NCBI GenBank assembly: GCA_964632315.1 | Contig: CAZWEM010000006.1 | Coordinates: 1 to 64,000 of the forward strand | From: an uncultured archaeon | GTDB lineage: Archaea; Asgardarchaeota; Lokiarchaeia; Sigyniarchaeales; SOKP01 | DNA length: 64,000 nucleotides | Direction: 5' to 3' | The notes under the pieces: generated by a model | What the model saw: only the letters and a program-made list of their open reading frames with translations | Databases searched by the model: none | What the model was told of the DNA's origin: nothing | Part shown: positions 1 through 10,727 of the stretch, piece after piece | How the letters are laid out: each line of letters opens with the position of its first letter | How positions within the stretch are numbered: position 1 is the stretch's first letter | Made by a program: the position numbers and the translations under genes

Positions 1-747
1 CAGAAGTACCCAGTTGACTTTGATAAATATCAATCCAGTTTAAGGCTTGAATATATGAAATTAGCAGGCGAAGAAAACACAATCTCTTATGGAGTTTGGG
101 TTGATAAATTAGTAGCTGAATATGAAAACAAGAAACCTCCTTTAAAAGCCACGGATTTCGGATTTCTAAAGCTTAGTATTCTAGCATTTTTATCCTTGTT
201 AAAATTTGAGAATTACGTAGATCAATTCGATGATACTCACACAAAGTGGGATGCAACTGACATGATTCGCGCAATGAATGTGTTTGATTATTATCAAGTT
301 TCATCTTTATTAAGCATAATGTCAAAACAAGACGCTATTAAAGCTATCAGTGAGTTTATCGAAAATAAGTTAGAAGAAAGACGTAATCCAGAGAAATATG
401 ACAAATCTGTTGGAGAATTAATCGAACGTATTAGTCCAGGTTATGAACGTTGGCGTTCTCAAGATGTGGCTATTAAAGTAGAGGGGGACAAGAGAGCGAT
501 CGTGAGGGTTTCGCGCTGTAAGTGGGCAGAAGTTATGGAGGGTTTAGACAAAGATTTAGCTCATGCGATGATATGCAATACCGATTTTAAAAATGCCACC
601 ATATTTAATGAAGAATTCATTTTAACAAGAACTCAGACCTTAATGCAGGAAGCAGACTATTGTGATTTCTGTTATCATGATAAACGCTATGATAACGATC
701 TAATCCATCCACCTAAACAAGAATTTGAAATCCTAATTGAACGCTAA
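1..747 (+). CDS. L-2-amino-thiazoline-4-carboxylic acid hydrolase-like domain protein (probably 5'-truncated)
   Basis: C-terminal motifs RC-W, ICxxD and LTRTQTLMQxxxYCDF are typical of the family. The frame is open from position 1, so the true start may lie upstream of the window. Confidence 0.75.
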   Translation, partial: QKYPVDFDKYQSSLRLEYMKLAGEENTISYGVWVDKLVAEYENKKPPLKATDFGFLKLSILAFLSLLKFENYVDQFDDTHTKWDATDMIRAMNVFDYYQVSSLLSIMSKQDAIKAISEFIENKLEERRNPEKYDKSVGELIERISPGYERWRSQDVAIKVEGDKRAIVRVSRCKWAEVMEGLDKDLAHAMICNTDFKNATIFNEEFILTRTQTLMQEADYCDFCYHDKRYDNDLIHPPKQEFEILIER

Positions 748-860
748 TCTAAAAATTTCAACCTTCCATATCTTACTTTTTTGTGAAAAGGTTCTCAATT
801 GATAATAATTTTTATATATGTATTTTTATATGTCCATATTATAAAAAAGGCGATTTAGCA

Positions 861-2045
861 ATGAGAAACTTAAAGGTCCAAAATTCTATAGGTGTAACAA
901 TTTTTATAGCTATGCTAATATCATTTTGCTATTTTTTGGAATTTGCTATTATAAATGAGAATACATTTAACTCTGATAAGGCAAACAAAAGTGTTTTTAG
1001 AGTTAGTAGTACTGTTGAAAGTCCGATTTTAATTGATGCTCAAGCAATTGGTATGAGCGCACATAACTGGTCTTGGGCATCTTCTCAGTCTTGGTGTAAT
1101 GGCACCGGGACAAAAGAAGATCCTTATTGCATTTCATATCTAGAAATTGATGGAAAGGGAGTTAATAATTGCATTGAAATAAGAAATTCTAAAATCTTTT
1201 ACTTTACAATCGAGCACTGCGATTTACATGAAGGAGGGAGTAACGTTTCAAATACAGTAGGAGCGAGTGTTCTTCTGAATAATTCGATGAATGGGAAGAT
1301 ATGTAATAATAAATTAACAGAATCATCCTCTCAGTTAGCATGTGGAATTTATCTAGAGAATTGTACAAGAATGAATATTGCTTTAAACAATGTAAGTAAC
1401 AATTTTTATGGGATTCTGGTACATCACTCATATACCAGTAACATAACAAGCAATTCAATCCAAGATAATGATTATGGAATATCAATTGAGAATAACAGTC
1501 AAATCAACAACGTGGATCATAATTTAATTTCCCATAATTTAGATGGAATTGGATTAGCAGAAAGTTCATATGATTGGATATGGGATAATTCGATAAAAAA
1601 TAACGATTTAGATGGTGTGATTTGTGTTGATTGTCATGATATTGCAATACATCACAATAATATAAGCACTAGTGAATATGGGATCAATATTCAGCAGTGT
1701 AGTGATACAAGTATTGCCTTCGGCAACATAGTATCTAAAAATGAATATGGAATCGTGATAAAATTAAGTAATAGTAATTTTATTGAAGATAATGAGATAA
1801 TAAACAATAATAATTATCCACTTTGGCTCTATCATTCAAATAATAATTACATTAAGAGAAATACTATTACTGGAAATAAAGGAACCGTAACGTTAACTGA
1901 TTGTGAGGGTAACCATTTGGAAGATAATGTTATTTTCAATCAACCAGAACTATATCTCGTGATAACGATTATTGTTTTAATTGGCCTTGCTGGTGCTACA
2001 GGATACTTTATCTATAGAAGGATAAAAAGGAGAAAACGTGAATAA
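861..2045 (+). CDS. Membrane-anchored right-handed beta-helix (NosD/CASH repeat) protein
   Basis: N-terminal hydrophobic segment, GxGTxEDPY motif, many GIxLxxSxxNxIxxN repeats, C-terminal TM plus basic tail. ATG 861 preferred over GTG 783. Confidence 0.85.
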   Translation: MRNLKVQNSIGVTIFIAMLISFCYFLEFAIINENTFNSDKANKSVFRVSSTVESPILIDAQAIGMSAHNWSWASSQSWCNGTGTKEDPYCISYLEIDGKGVNNCIEIRNSKIFYFTIEHCDLHEGGSNVSNTVGASVLLNNSMNGKICNNKLTESSSQLACGIYLENCTRMNIALNNVSNNFYGILVHHSYTSNITSNSIQDNDYGISIENNSQINNVDHNLISHNLDGIGLAESSYDWIWDNSIKNNDLDGVICVDCHDIAIHHNNISTSEYGINIQQCSDTSIAFGNIVSKNEYGIVIKLSNSNFIEDNEIINNNNYPLWLYHSNNNYIKRNTITGNKGTVTLTDCEGNHLEDNVIFNQPELYLVITIIVLIGLAGATGYFIYRRIKRRKRE

Positions 2046-2185
2046 TATTATATTTCTATCCTTAGAAGTAATATTTCTATGTTTCTTTTTTGTTATGTGT
2101 TAAAATTCATGTAAAAGGGATCTTATATTAAGACTCTTTGATTTGGATCTAATACACCACTGAATTAAATTTGTTAAATTATATC

Positions 2186-2794
2186 ATGTACCTTGTTTGT
2201 TTCGACTTAGAAGGTGTTTTTACCCCAGAAGTGTGGATTGCGGTGAGTGAAGCCACGAAGATAGATGAACTTAAGTTGACTACTAGAGACGTATCAGATT
2301 ATGACTTACTCATGAAAAATCGCATTAAATTATTAAAACAAAACCAAATCAAATTAGAAAAGATTCAAAAAATTATATCAAAAATGGATCTCCTACCAGG
2401 AGCAAAAAAGTTTTTCGATCAGATTCGTAAAAAAACTCAAACTGCAATTATAACTGATAGTTTCATTGAGTTTGTTTCTCCCTTCTTGGAAAAATTAAAC
2501 TATCCACTCTGTTTTTGCCATAGTCTTGAAATTGATAAAGAAGGAATTATAAGTGATTATAAAATCCGGATTCCTGATATGAAAAGAAGCACAATTCAAG
2601 CTCTTAACAACCTAAATTATGATGTTATTGTAGCTGGAGATTCCTATAATGATATCCCAATGCTAAATGAAGCGAAACAAGGAATTCTTTTTAGACCGCC
2701 TCTAAAAGTAATTGAGGATTATCCCCAATTTCCAGTGGTTCGTGAATATTCAGAATTAAAAAAACTGATACTAAATTGCTTAGAATTGCCGTAA
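2186..2794 (+). CDS. thrH: Phosphoserine phosphatase / phosphoserine:homoserine phosphotransferase (HAD)
   Basis: DLEGVFTPEVWI, LTTRDxxDYDxLM and AGDSYND motifs of ThrH; adjacent to thrC and hom. Confidence 0.88.
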   Translation: MYLVCFDLEGVFTPEVWIAVSEATKIDELKLTTRDVSDYDLLMKNRIKLLKQNQIKLEKIQKIISKMDLLPGAKKFFDQIRKKTQTAIITDSFIEFVSPFLEKLNYPLCFCHSLEIDKEGIISDYKIRIPDMKRSTIQALNNLNYDVIVAGDSYNDIPMLNEAKQGILFRPPLKVIEDYPQFPVVREYSELKKLILNCLELP

Positions 2795-2802
2795 TTTACA
2801 TG

Positions 2803-4158
2803 TTATGCATAATTTTCGATTAAAAACTTTTTAAAGTCATCATAAGAATGCAATTCGCACGGATTCTGATACTCTGATTGATTTTTTATTTTTTCTAATC
2901 CTTCTGGAAGAGGAGGTCGTATGTTGGTAAGTGAGATGATTGCATCGGGAAATTTGGCGGGATCTGCGGTTTCAAAAACTATGGTTTTCAATTTTTCATA
3001 ATCTGGAAAATCAATGCGAAATTTTCGTAACGCTGCCCATCCTACTGCCCCATGGGGTTCTATAAGTCCATTTTGATCGTGATAAAAGGTGGTTATTGTA
3101 GATTTAGTCAATTCATTGTCAATTGAATAAGAGACAATTTCATTTTGAAGTCGTGTCATGTTTGGTGGCTCCGTCAAGATACCTTTTTCATCCATCTTCC
3201 CACCAAAAAGATCGATAATTCGAACTAAATTGGAAGGATGTCCAACATTCATTGCGCTAGAAAGGCAATTTTTAGATCTATCAAGTTTCTCATATACGCC
3301 GGTGTTTAAAAAAGAAGGAAACTCATCATTTTCATTTACTGCAGAAATAAACCTTGCCACTGGAAGCCCCATTTCTTTAGCAATAAGCCCGCCCGTAAGA
3401 TTCCCAAAATTACCTGAAGGAACGCAAAATATAACCTTTTCTCTTCTTTGTTCAATAGTGCGATAATAACTCCAAAAGTAATAGAGTGTTTGGGGGATCA
3501 ACCTACCAATGTTAATTGAATTAGCGGATGATAAATTTAAAGTATCTAAGTCTTTATCTGAAAAAGCCATCTTTACTAGTCTTTGACAATCATCAAATTT
3601 ACCATTGATTCCAATTGCAGTTATATTTTTGCCTAGGGTGGTCATTTGCTTTCTCTGCAACTCGCTGATCTCCTTTTGAGGATACAGAACAACCACCTTT
3701 ATTCGCTTCATTCTAAAAAAAGCTTGCGCAACCGCTCCTCCAGTATCTCCAGAGGTAGCTGTTAAAATAATTGCATTACCATCATCCTCCTCAAGAAAAT
3801 ATTCCATCAATCTAGCGAGCACCCTAGCTCCAAAATCCTTAAAACTAGCGGTGGGACCTTGATCCAAATAGCAAATATAATCATTATCATCGATCCTTTT
3901 AACAGGAACCTCAAAATTTAAAGCGTTATCAATAATTTTTTGTAAAGTGCCATCGGGAATGCTTTCTTTAGTGAATTGTGAGAGGATCTTGAATGAGAGA
4001 TCTTTAAAGCTAAGATCATGAAAAGCATCAATTGTATCATCTGAAAACTTAGGAATCTCATTCAGCATGTATAACCCTTTATCTAAGGCTTGTCCTTTAA
4101 GCATAGCAGCTTTGAGATCTACATCAGGGGTATTATAATTTGTTGAGTGAAATTTCAT
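2803..4158 (-). CDS. thrC: Threonine synthase (bacterial/fungal-type)
   Basis: GPTxSFKDFG (PLP lysine), ATSGDTG, SANSINIGR, VPSGNFGN, EPHGA, PAKF. Confidence 0.95.
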   Translation of the reverse strand: MKFHSTNYNTPDVDLKAAMLKGQALDKGLYMLNEIPKFSDDTIDAFHDLSFKDLSFKILSQFTKESIPDGTLQKIIDNALNFEVPVKRIDDNDYICYLDQGPTASFKDFGARVLARLMEYFLEEDDGNAIILTATSGDTGGAVAQAFFRMKRIKVVVLYPQKEISELQRKQMTTLGKNITAIGINGKFDDCQRLVKMAFSDKDLDTLNLSSANSINIGRLIPQTLYYFWSYYRTIEQRREKVIFCVPSGNFGNLTGGLIAKEMGLPVARFISAVNENDEFPSFLNTGVYEKLDRSKNCLSSAMNVGHPSNLVRIIDLFGGKMDEKGILTEPPNMTRLQNEIVSYSIDNELTKSTITTFYHDQNGLIEPHGAVGWAALRKFRIDFPDYEKLKTIVFETADPAKFPDAIISLTNIRPPLPEGLEKIKNQSEYQNPCELHSYDDFKKFLIENYA

Positions 4159-4172
4159 TTTAACCTAACGCC

Positions 4173-5192
4173 TCATTCCGTAATTTTTTGTCGTTCTCTG
4201 ATAATGTAAAGCAAATCATTGAGAATTGCCGATGCAGCTTCAAATCCACCAGCTCCATTTCCAGTCAAAAATAGTGAACCAATGTGTTTAGTCTCAATTT
4301 CGATGATATTTGATGTTCCATCCACGTTCAAGGGTGAGTCTTTTTTAATTAATCGAGGTTCTACAACAATTTCATTTTCTTCTGCGATTGCTAAATGTTT
4401 AATGACATATCCATCTGACTTAGCCAATTCTATTGCTTGAGGGGTGATTTTAGAGATCCCCTCAATTTTTACATCTCGAATTTTATAGTATCGATCTAGT
4501 AATTCATTTGCTATAATAACTAATTTTCCCGCGGCATCAAATCCTTCAATATCTAAGGATGGATCTGCTTCGGCATATCCCAATTCTTGAGCTTCTTTCA
4601 ATGCGACGGAAAAAGGGATGCTTTCTGATGTCATTCGACTTAAAATGTAATTATTTGTACCATTCAAAATCGCTTTTATTCCTACAATTGAAATTCCCAG
4701 TAAATTATCCTTGATAGATAAAATTGGTATAGAACTACCCACTGTTGCTTCATATCGTACAAAACATTTATTTTGGATTGCTAAATTTTTGATTTTTTCA
4801 TATTCAAAATAAAATGGAGCTTTATTTGATGAAATAACATCGATTTTGTTATTAAGCGCTTCTACAATATGGTTTAGAGCCGGATTTCCATCTATAGAGT
4901 TAGTGGGGGTTGTTTCAATACAAATATTAATTCCTAATTGAGAAATAAAATTGGTTGCTTTTGCATTCATGTGCCATAGGTTACTTTCCTTAAGAAAGTT
5001 AAAATTTTTGATAATTTCTTCTAAATCGAGCCCTTCTTTAGCAACGAGTGCCCCATCACTTTTAAACACGGCGATTACTTTGAAAGAGGCATCATATTTT
5101 TGAGCAATCTCATTTTTCATCTCGTTTAATAACTGAAGAAAACAAGTTCCAACGACTCCTTTTCCAATTAGACCTATTTTGTACTCAATCAA
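4173..5192 (-). CDS. hom: Homoserine dehydrogenase
   Basis: GxGxVG, NK, YEATV, ILNGTxNYIL, AQELGYAEADPxxDIEGxDAAxK, GAGG. Confidence 0.95.
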   Translation of the reverse strand: MIEYKIGLIGKGVVGTCFLQLLNEMKNEIAQKYDASFKVIAVFKSDGALVAKEGLDLEEIIKNFNFLKESNLWHMNAKATNFISQLGINICIETTPTNSIDGNPALNHIVEALNNKIDVISSNKAPFYFEYEKIKNLAIQNKCFVRYEATVGSSIPILSIKDNLLGISIVGIKAILNGTNNYILSRMTSESIPFSVALKEAQELGYAEADPSLDIEGFDAAGKLVIIANELLDRYYKIRDVKIEGISKITPQAIELAKSDGYVIKHLAIAEENEIVVEPRLIKKDSPLNVDGTSNIIEIETKHIGSLFLTGNGAGGFEAASAILNDLLYIIRERQKITE

Positions 5193-5224
5193 GTTTTTCT
5201 ACTTTATAATTGTTTATTAAATTT

Positions 5225-5746
5225 TTACGATTTTATGAAGAATAATGATTTCTTTTTACAGATTTTTGTAATTTCATCAATCAGTTCAGATTTACTCATA
5301 TTATCGGGAAATTCTACTCTCATTTTTACATTACTTATCTCTTTGAATCCAGAAAAAATTGCTTGAAGCTCTAATACTTTTATATCTTTAGAATGTAGGT
5401 AATTTATTGTATCGGTAATATCAGTATCAAAAACGTGTCCAGATAAAATGAAAGTAAACATCTTGTGTTTAACGTCTATAGAAATTTTAATAATTTCGAT
5501 ATATTGTTGAATTAAACTCTTTTTAATTTGGCTTATAGAAGAATCCAATATCTCTTGATTTAATTCGAATGAGATTTCTACAGGGATCCTGTTGTCGATT
5601 TTTTTATCATGGTGATGTAATATGCCATAGATATTTCCCCCATTTTCTGAAATCGGCTTAATTAATTCAATTAAACTCCCTGGAATGTCTGGTAAGTATA
5701 CTTCTAAGAGAATCATTATTTTTATTCCAATAAATTTGAGTTTCAC
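5225..5746 (-). CDS. Tandem ACT-domain protein, probable allosteric regulator of homoserine dehydrogenase
   Basis: LPDxPGxL...PIS..GGNI..I.H and GHVFDTD motifs; directly upstream of hom. Start may be ATG 5716. Confidence 0.8.
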   Translation of the reverse strand: MKLKFIGIKIMILLEVYLPDIPGSLIELIKPISENGGNIYGILHHHDKKIDNRIPVEISFELNQEILDSSISQIKKSLIQQYIEIIKISIDVKHKMFTFILSGHVFDTDITDTINYLHSKDIKVLELQAIFSGFKEISNVKMRVEFPDNMSKSELIDEITKICKKKSLFFIKS

Positions 5747-5805
5747 TTATAGTTCTTTAAATTTAGATCCGTATTTATTATCATTTAGTTCTGAAAGTTA
5801 ACTTT

Positions 5806-7062
5806 TTAATCTTTCGGTGATTCAACTAAAATATAATCTTCACTCTTCAGCTTTTGAAGCCTTAATATAAAATAAAGAAAAATTACGATTAAAGCCCCAA
5901 AAGTAGCACTAATAAGAAGAAGTGTTCGAACGTCAATGATTATTGACAATATTGGGTATATATAATTCAATACTCCAAAAATAATTAAGTTAGAAAAGGT
6001 TAAGAATAGGGCATAAACATAACCAAGATTCCTTTTTGGAATATTTATTTGTAAAATACTCGAAAAAATCGTTAAAACCAGTATCTGGAAGAATCCTTTG
6101 CTAAAAAGACCTTGCGCCATCGAATTGTAATCCTGAAATGGTGAAATTACGATTAAAAAATTCATACTAAACAAAACTACTATTGAAATGAAAAAAAGTA
6201 AAATTGGTGGGTTCCAATATTTAACTACCGAACAAACTATTCCTCCAATTATTATACCAATCGAAAGAATTGAGGAAAGTATTGCGTAATTAATCAGCTG
6301 CGAGGAGTGATAAAATATTATAAAATAGGGAAAATAAGCATCAAAGGAGTGATTCAGAAAGGTAAAAATTAAATATATTATAATGATAAATGTAACACTT
6401 GGGAATTTTAAATAAGATTTAAATCCATTTGCGTAACGATTTATCAAGGTATCCTTGAAATTCAACTCAAATTCCTTTACGGAGGGCACTTTCACGAAAA
6501 AGAGAGGTATTAAAGATAATGTTATTAAAATTATATCAATCCATAAGCTAATGCCCACATTTACAGAAGAAAGTATCAAACTTGCAACATATGAACCAAA
6601 TATTTGACTGACCGATAATATCAGATAATTAAAACCATTAACTCGTCCAATATTTCGTTGAGAAATCATTGTCGGAATAATCGCGAAAAATGTTGGGAAT
6701 ATTAAAGCCTGGATCATACTGCTTAAAAATATAATTATCTTTAGGGATATAATATGAATTGATCCTGCAGTTAAAATTGGAATCATGATCATCGTAAGGA
6801 TTATATTGATGATATATAGAGCTAGGAGTAAATTTCTACGATTTAGTACATCTATAAAAATACCAAGGAAAAGTAAGCCAATTATAGACGAAATTAAATA
6901 GGTAAAACTAATATCTGACATAATTGCAGGAGAGCCAGGTTCAAAACTGATCTTCCAATTGATTATGAAGTTGGTAATAATACCTCCAAATGTAGTTAAA
7001 AAGTAACCAGTCCAAATAAATGCAAAATCCCTAGGATTAGGTCTAAATTGTCTAGATTCCAC
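5806..7062 (-). CDS. MFS transporter (divergent DHA3/MefA-like)
   Basis: About 12 TM segments, motif-A-like GIFIDVLNRR, IPTM..GRVNG. Confidence 0.85.
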   Translation of the reverse strand: MESRQFRPNPRDFAFIWTGYFLTTFGGIITNFIINWKISFEPGSPAIMSDISFTYLISSIIGLLFLGIFIDVLNRRNLLLALYIINIILTMIMIPILTAGSIHIISLKIIIFLSSMIQALIFPTFFAIIPTMISQRNIGRVNGFNYLILSVSQIFGSYVASLILSSVNVGISLWIDIILITLSLIPLFFVKVPSVKEFELNFKDTLINRYANGFKSYLKFPSVTFIIIIYLIFTFLNHSFDAYFPYFIIFYHSSQLINYAILSSILSIGIIIGGIVCSVVKYWNPPILLFFISIVVLFSMNFLIVISPFQDYNSMAQGLFSKGFFQILVLTIFSSILQINIPKRNLGYVYALFLTFSNLIIFGVLNYIYPILSIIIDVRTLLLISATFGALIVIFLYFILRLQKLKSEDYILVESPKD

Positions 7063-7273
7063 AATAATTAGATTAGCCTACATCTTTTATATAACTATTT
7101 TTTTTTGATTATTTTCTTAAAATGGAAATAAAGATATTCTTAATAATATCATATCGATATTGTTTAGTTATCAAGTTACCTCTATCAGTAAACCAAGTTA
7201 TATTATGAAAAATTAGTGATTTAGATCACTAAAAGGTAAGATAAATTTATAAGTTGAGTAGATAGTACGTTTA

Positions 7274-7912
7274 ATGAAAAAAGTTATTGAGAATGTAAAA
7301 ATGTCACATAATCAGAAATCTAAATTAAAATTTTTATACATTTTGAGTCTATCTGTTTTTTTGTTAACTCTTGTTCAATTTTTCGCTCAATTTTGGATTT
7401 GGGGCAATTTAATGTTCAAACTTGAGAATGAATTAATTTATACCCCCATTAAAGGGAGTGCTATGCTAATTGCTTCAGAAATTAATAGAGAGTTTTTCAC
7501 TTTTTTTACTAATCAAGTTTTCCCTATAGCATTTTTAAACTTAGTTTCCTTGTTTTTTTTAGAAGTAGTGAATTATAAAACAAGAAAGTTTCAAAAAAAT
7601 TTTCAAAAGGATATGAAAATCATTGATAAATTAGAGATTTTGAGAAGGACGATACTTAAAATAATCTCAATTTACGCTATTATTTCTTGGTTTTTAATTC
7701 CCATGAATGCACCGCAAAACCTATCTATGTTTCCTATAGATATTATAATTTGGCAAGTAAGTATCCCATATTATTTTACCTATTTCACTCTTCTAGCTCT
7801 GCTATCAATTCCGTCATATTTAACAATTGATGAGATATACTTTAAAGATTCTCTTTTGGAAAAAGTAGGTTTTTATAAATCTCTTGCTCCATATATAGGA
7901 TCTTTTAAATAA
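7274..7912 (+). CDS. Hypothetical membrane protein (about 4 TM)
   Basis: 212 aa ORF with hydrophobic segments; TATA-like TTTATAA shortly upstream. Confidence 0.6.
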   Translation: MKKVIENVKMSHNQKSKLKFLYILSLSVFLLTLVQFFAQFWIWGNLMFKLENELIYTPIKGSAMLIASEINREFFTFFTNQVFPIAFLNLVSLFFLEVVNYKTRKFQKNFQKDMKIIDKLEILRRTILKIISIYAIISWFLIPMNAPQNLSMFPIDIIIWQVSIPYYFTYFTLLALLSIPSYLTIDEIYFKDSLLEKVGFYKSLAPYIGSFK

Positions 7913-8082
7913 GGTAAAGTTTTAGGGATCTCATTTATTATTATTTTTGATTAATTTAGGTGATGTTTATCATAGATTATTGATAATATTCTCTATGTTT
8001 GATAGTTATAGAAATTTAAAAAAATCTATTTCTTATATCTTAACCAATTTTTAATTTTTTAAAGAGAAATGTTAAAAATGAA

Positions 8083-9357
8083 TTAGGAAAGGTTATTCAT
8101 GCTTTCACTTATTCGTTCAAGTTCCTTATGATCGTCATAATTTGCCTTTCGCAATCTAGTTCCTTTCCAAACTGCTATTGAACCAAGTGAGCCAATCAGT
8201 GAGAAAACCAGAAATAAAAGTCTAATTCCAACCAAATCGGCAAGAGGTCCAGCTGAAATTGCAGCGATTGGAGACATTATGGTCGATAGAGATTGATCAA
8301 TGGAGTTGACCCTTCCCATCTTTTCATGTGGTACAGTTAACTGGATAACCGTCATGTATATTGTGTTTCCTATTGGTAGCATGAATCCAACTATGATATT
8401 CGCAATCCACATTGGCCAAAAAATTCCTCTAGGAACAAAAGCATACACCGAAACGAAGCTCATCAATATTATAAGGGACCCAAAATAAGAAGAAAGCTTA
8501 TGTTTCCAATTTTTTTTTAATGAAGTTAATAAACTACCTAATATCATCCCTACGCTAAAAAAGACGCTTATAAAAGCATAATCAAACTCACTTCCTCCAT
8601 GTATAAATGCGATATAATAAGGAAGTAAGATATTAGTAGGCATTAGTAAAAAATTAAGAACCATTGACCACAATAAAAGAGCAACTAATCCAGGTATCAT
8701 ATTAATTGTCTTTAATCCGAGTTTAAATTCATGAAAGAATGATTTCCTTTCCTTTTCGTCCTTTGGTTTTGTAAATATAGGAATTCTAATCAAGATCAAT
8801 GGGATAATAGCTACAACAAAGGTGATGACATCTATCCAAAGAATTACATCTATTCTCAATATGGAATACAATCCTGCTCCGAAAACAGGTCCGATAATGT
8901 TAATTACGCTAGTAAATAGATAATTTAAACCGTTCATTCGGCTGAGTTTATCTTTTGGGACCATTGATGGTAAAACTGCGTTCGCTGTTGGAACGTGAAA
9001 TGCTTGAAAAACTCCGCGTAATCCCATTATAACCACCACTACGGCAGGAAAAGCTAAATTAAGCCAAAATAGGATAATTATGACGAGAGTTATCATAGCT
9101 TGAGATGAATCTGCGATTGCTATTATGATCTTCCGGTTATGTCTATCCGCTATGACGCCCGCGAATGGGCTTAATATAGCCATGGGTAGAATATACATGA
9201 AGGCTAAGATCGACAATAAAATTACATTACCCGTGGTTACTGTTATCCACCATGTAATTGAAAAACTCACGATTGATGAGCCTAAAATTGAAAATAATTG
9301 CCCTCCCCAAAAAAATAGGTATTGGTTAAAATTACTCTTACTGGTTATATCTTCCAT
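8083..9357 (-). CDS. MFS transporter (DHA3/MefA-like)
   Basis: WGGQLFSILGS, AGVIADRHNRK, PSMVPK..L.R.NG, MGRV. Confidence 0.92.
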   Translation of the reverse strand: MEDITSKSNFNQYLFFWGGQLFSILGSSIVSFSITWWITVTTGNVILLSILAFMYILPMAILSPFAGVIADRHNRKIIIAIADSSQAMITLVIIILFWLNLAFPAVVVVIMGLRGVFQAFHVPTANAVLPSMVPKDKLSRMNGLNYLFTSVINIIGPVFGAGLYSILRIDVILWIDVITFVVAIIPLILIRIPIFTKPKDEKERKSFFHEFKLGLKTINMIPGLVALLLWSMVLNFLLMPTNILLPYYIAFIHGGSEFDYAFISVFFSVGMILGSLLTSLKKNWKHKLSSYFGSLIILMSFVSVYAFVPRGIFWPMWIANIIVGFMLPIGNTIYMTVIQLTVPHEKMGRVNSIDQSLSTIMSPIAAISAGPLADLVGIRLLFLVFSLIGSLGSIAVWKGTRLRKANYDDHKELERISESMNNLS

Positions 9358-9404
9358 ATATTTTTCTCAACTATTTTTAATTTTTTTTTACTTATTTTAT
9401 CATT

Positions 9405-10679
9405 TTATTCTATTAAAGAAGGGGAAATGTTAATTTTCATATTTCGATCAAAATCTACTTTTCTAACTCCAGTAAAGAAATATAAACTGAAACACAATAT
9501 GACCCCTAAAATTGCACTGATTAAAAACAACCCATTTACGGTGAGTAAGACTGCTAATGGACCCACGATGATAGAACCAATTGGACTAATTAGCATTGAG
9601 AACGTAGAGTCAATGGAACTCACTCGACCTAACTTTTCATGAGAGACATTGGTTTGCAAGATTGTTTGATAAATGGTATTTATAATGGGTAGACTAATAC
9701 CTATTAAGAATAATGCTGTAATGATGAATGAGAATAGGCGATAAGGAGCAAAAGCTAACATTCCGTATCCAACCATTAGGAGTAAAACCGTGCCAAAAAA
9801 CCACTCCATTTTATTTTTCCAATGTTTTTTTAATGAAGTTGTTACTGCCCCAACTATTATCCCTCCTTGAATCCCTGCTGAAATAATGGCGAATTCAAAT
9901 GCAGTTGCCGAATGAATTTTTTCTGCATAATATGGTGATAATACATTCAGTGGTTGAATTAGAAAATTCCCGATCATCGAAAGAAGTATTAAAACAATCA
10001 TTCCTGGTGTGTTCTTTAACGTGTAAAGGCCATCCATGAATTGTTTCGAAAATGATTCTTTTTCAACCAAATCTTCTTCTTGAATCGCTAATTGAATTGA
10101 TGGAATGCTGACGTAAAGTAATGGAATTAATGCAATAACGAATGTAATGACATCAACTAATAATGCTTGACTCACGCTAAAAAAGATTAAGAGCAGGGCT
10201 CCAAACATTGGTGCTATAAGCTGCACGAATCCCGAGAAAAGAAAATTTATTCCATTTATCCTGCTTAAATTTTCTTTAGGAACCATTGTGGGAATGATGG
10301 CATTCACAGTCGGTTGGTGAAATGCTTGACAAACACTCCTGAAAGCCAAGATTGTAAAAATTATCCACAAATCATACCAACCGAATGTCATTAAAATAAC
10401 CAAAGCCAGTGTAGCTAGTGCTTGCAAAAAATCAGCACTAATAATAAGGCTCTTCCTATTCAAGCGATCTGAAAACACGCCTGCTATTGGCGCTGCTATG
10501 ACATAAGGTAACATGAAGGAAAAGCTTGCTATTGATAGAATAATGGGATTTTGCGTCTCAACCTCTAACCACCAAATTAATACAAATATAGCCACTTGTG
10601 ACCCGAAAAGTGAAAATACTTGCCCTATCCAAAAATATAGGTAATGATGGAATGATTTCTTAGTCGGGATGATTTCCAT
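9405..10679 (-). CDS. MFS transporter (DHA3/MefA-like)
   Basis: WIGQVFSLFGS, AGVFSDRLNRK, LGRVSSID; paralog of its neighbours. Confidence 0.92.
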   Translation of the reverse strand: MEIIPTKKSFHHYLYFWIGQVFSLFGSQVAIFVLIWWLEVETQNPIILSIASFSFMLPYVIAAPIAGVFSDRLNRKSLIISADFLQALATLALVILMTFGWYDLWIIFTILAFRSVCQAFHQPTVNAIIPTMVPKENLSRINGINFLFSGFVQLIAPMFGALLLIFFSVSQALLVDVITFVIALIPLLYVSIPSIQLAIQEEDLVEKESFSKQFMDGLYTLKNTPGMIVLILLSMIGNFLIQPLNVLSPYYAEKIHSATAFEFAIISAGIQGGIIVGAVTTSLKKHWKNKMEWFFGTVLLLMVGYGMLAFAPYRLFSFIITALFLIGISLPIINTIYQTILQTNVSHEKLGRVSSIDSTFSMLISPIGSIIVGPLAVLLTVNGLFLISAILGVILCFSLYFFTGVRKVDFDRNMKINISPSLIE

Positions 10680-10727
10680 ATATAAAACTCTCTCTTTTCG
10701 TTTAATTTTACTATTAAATATAGATTA

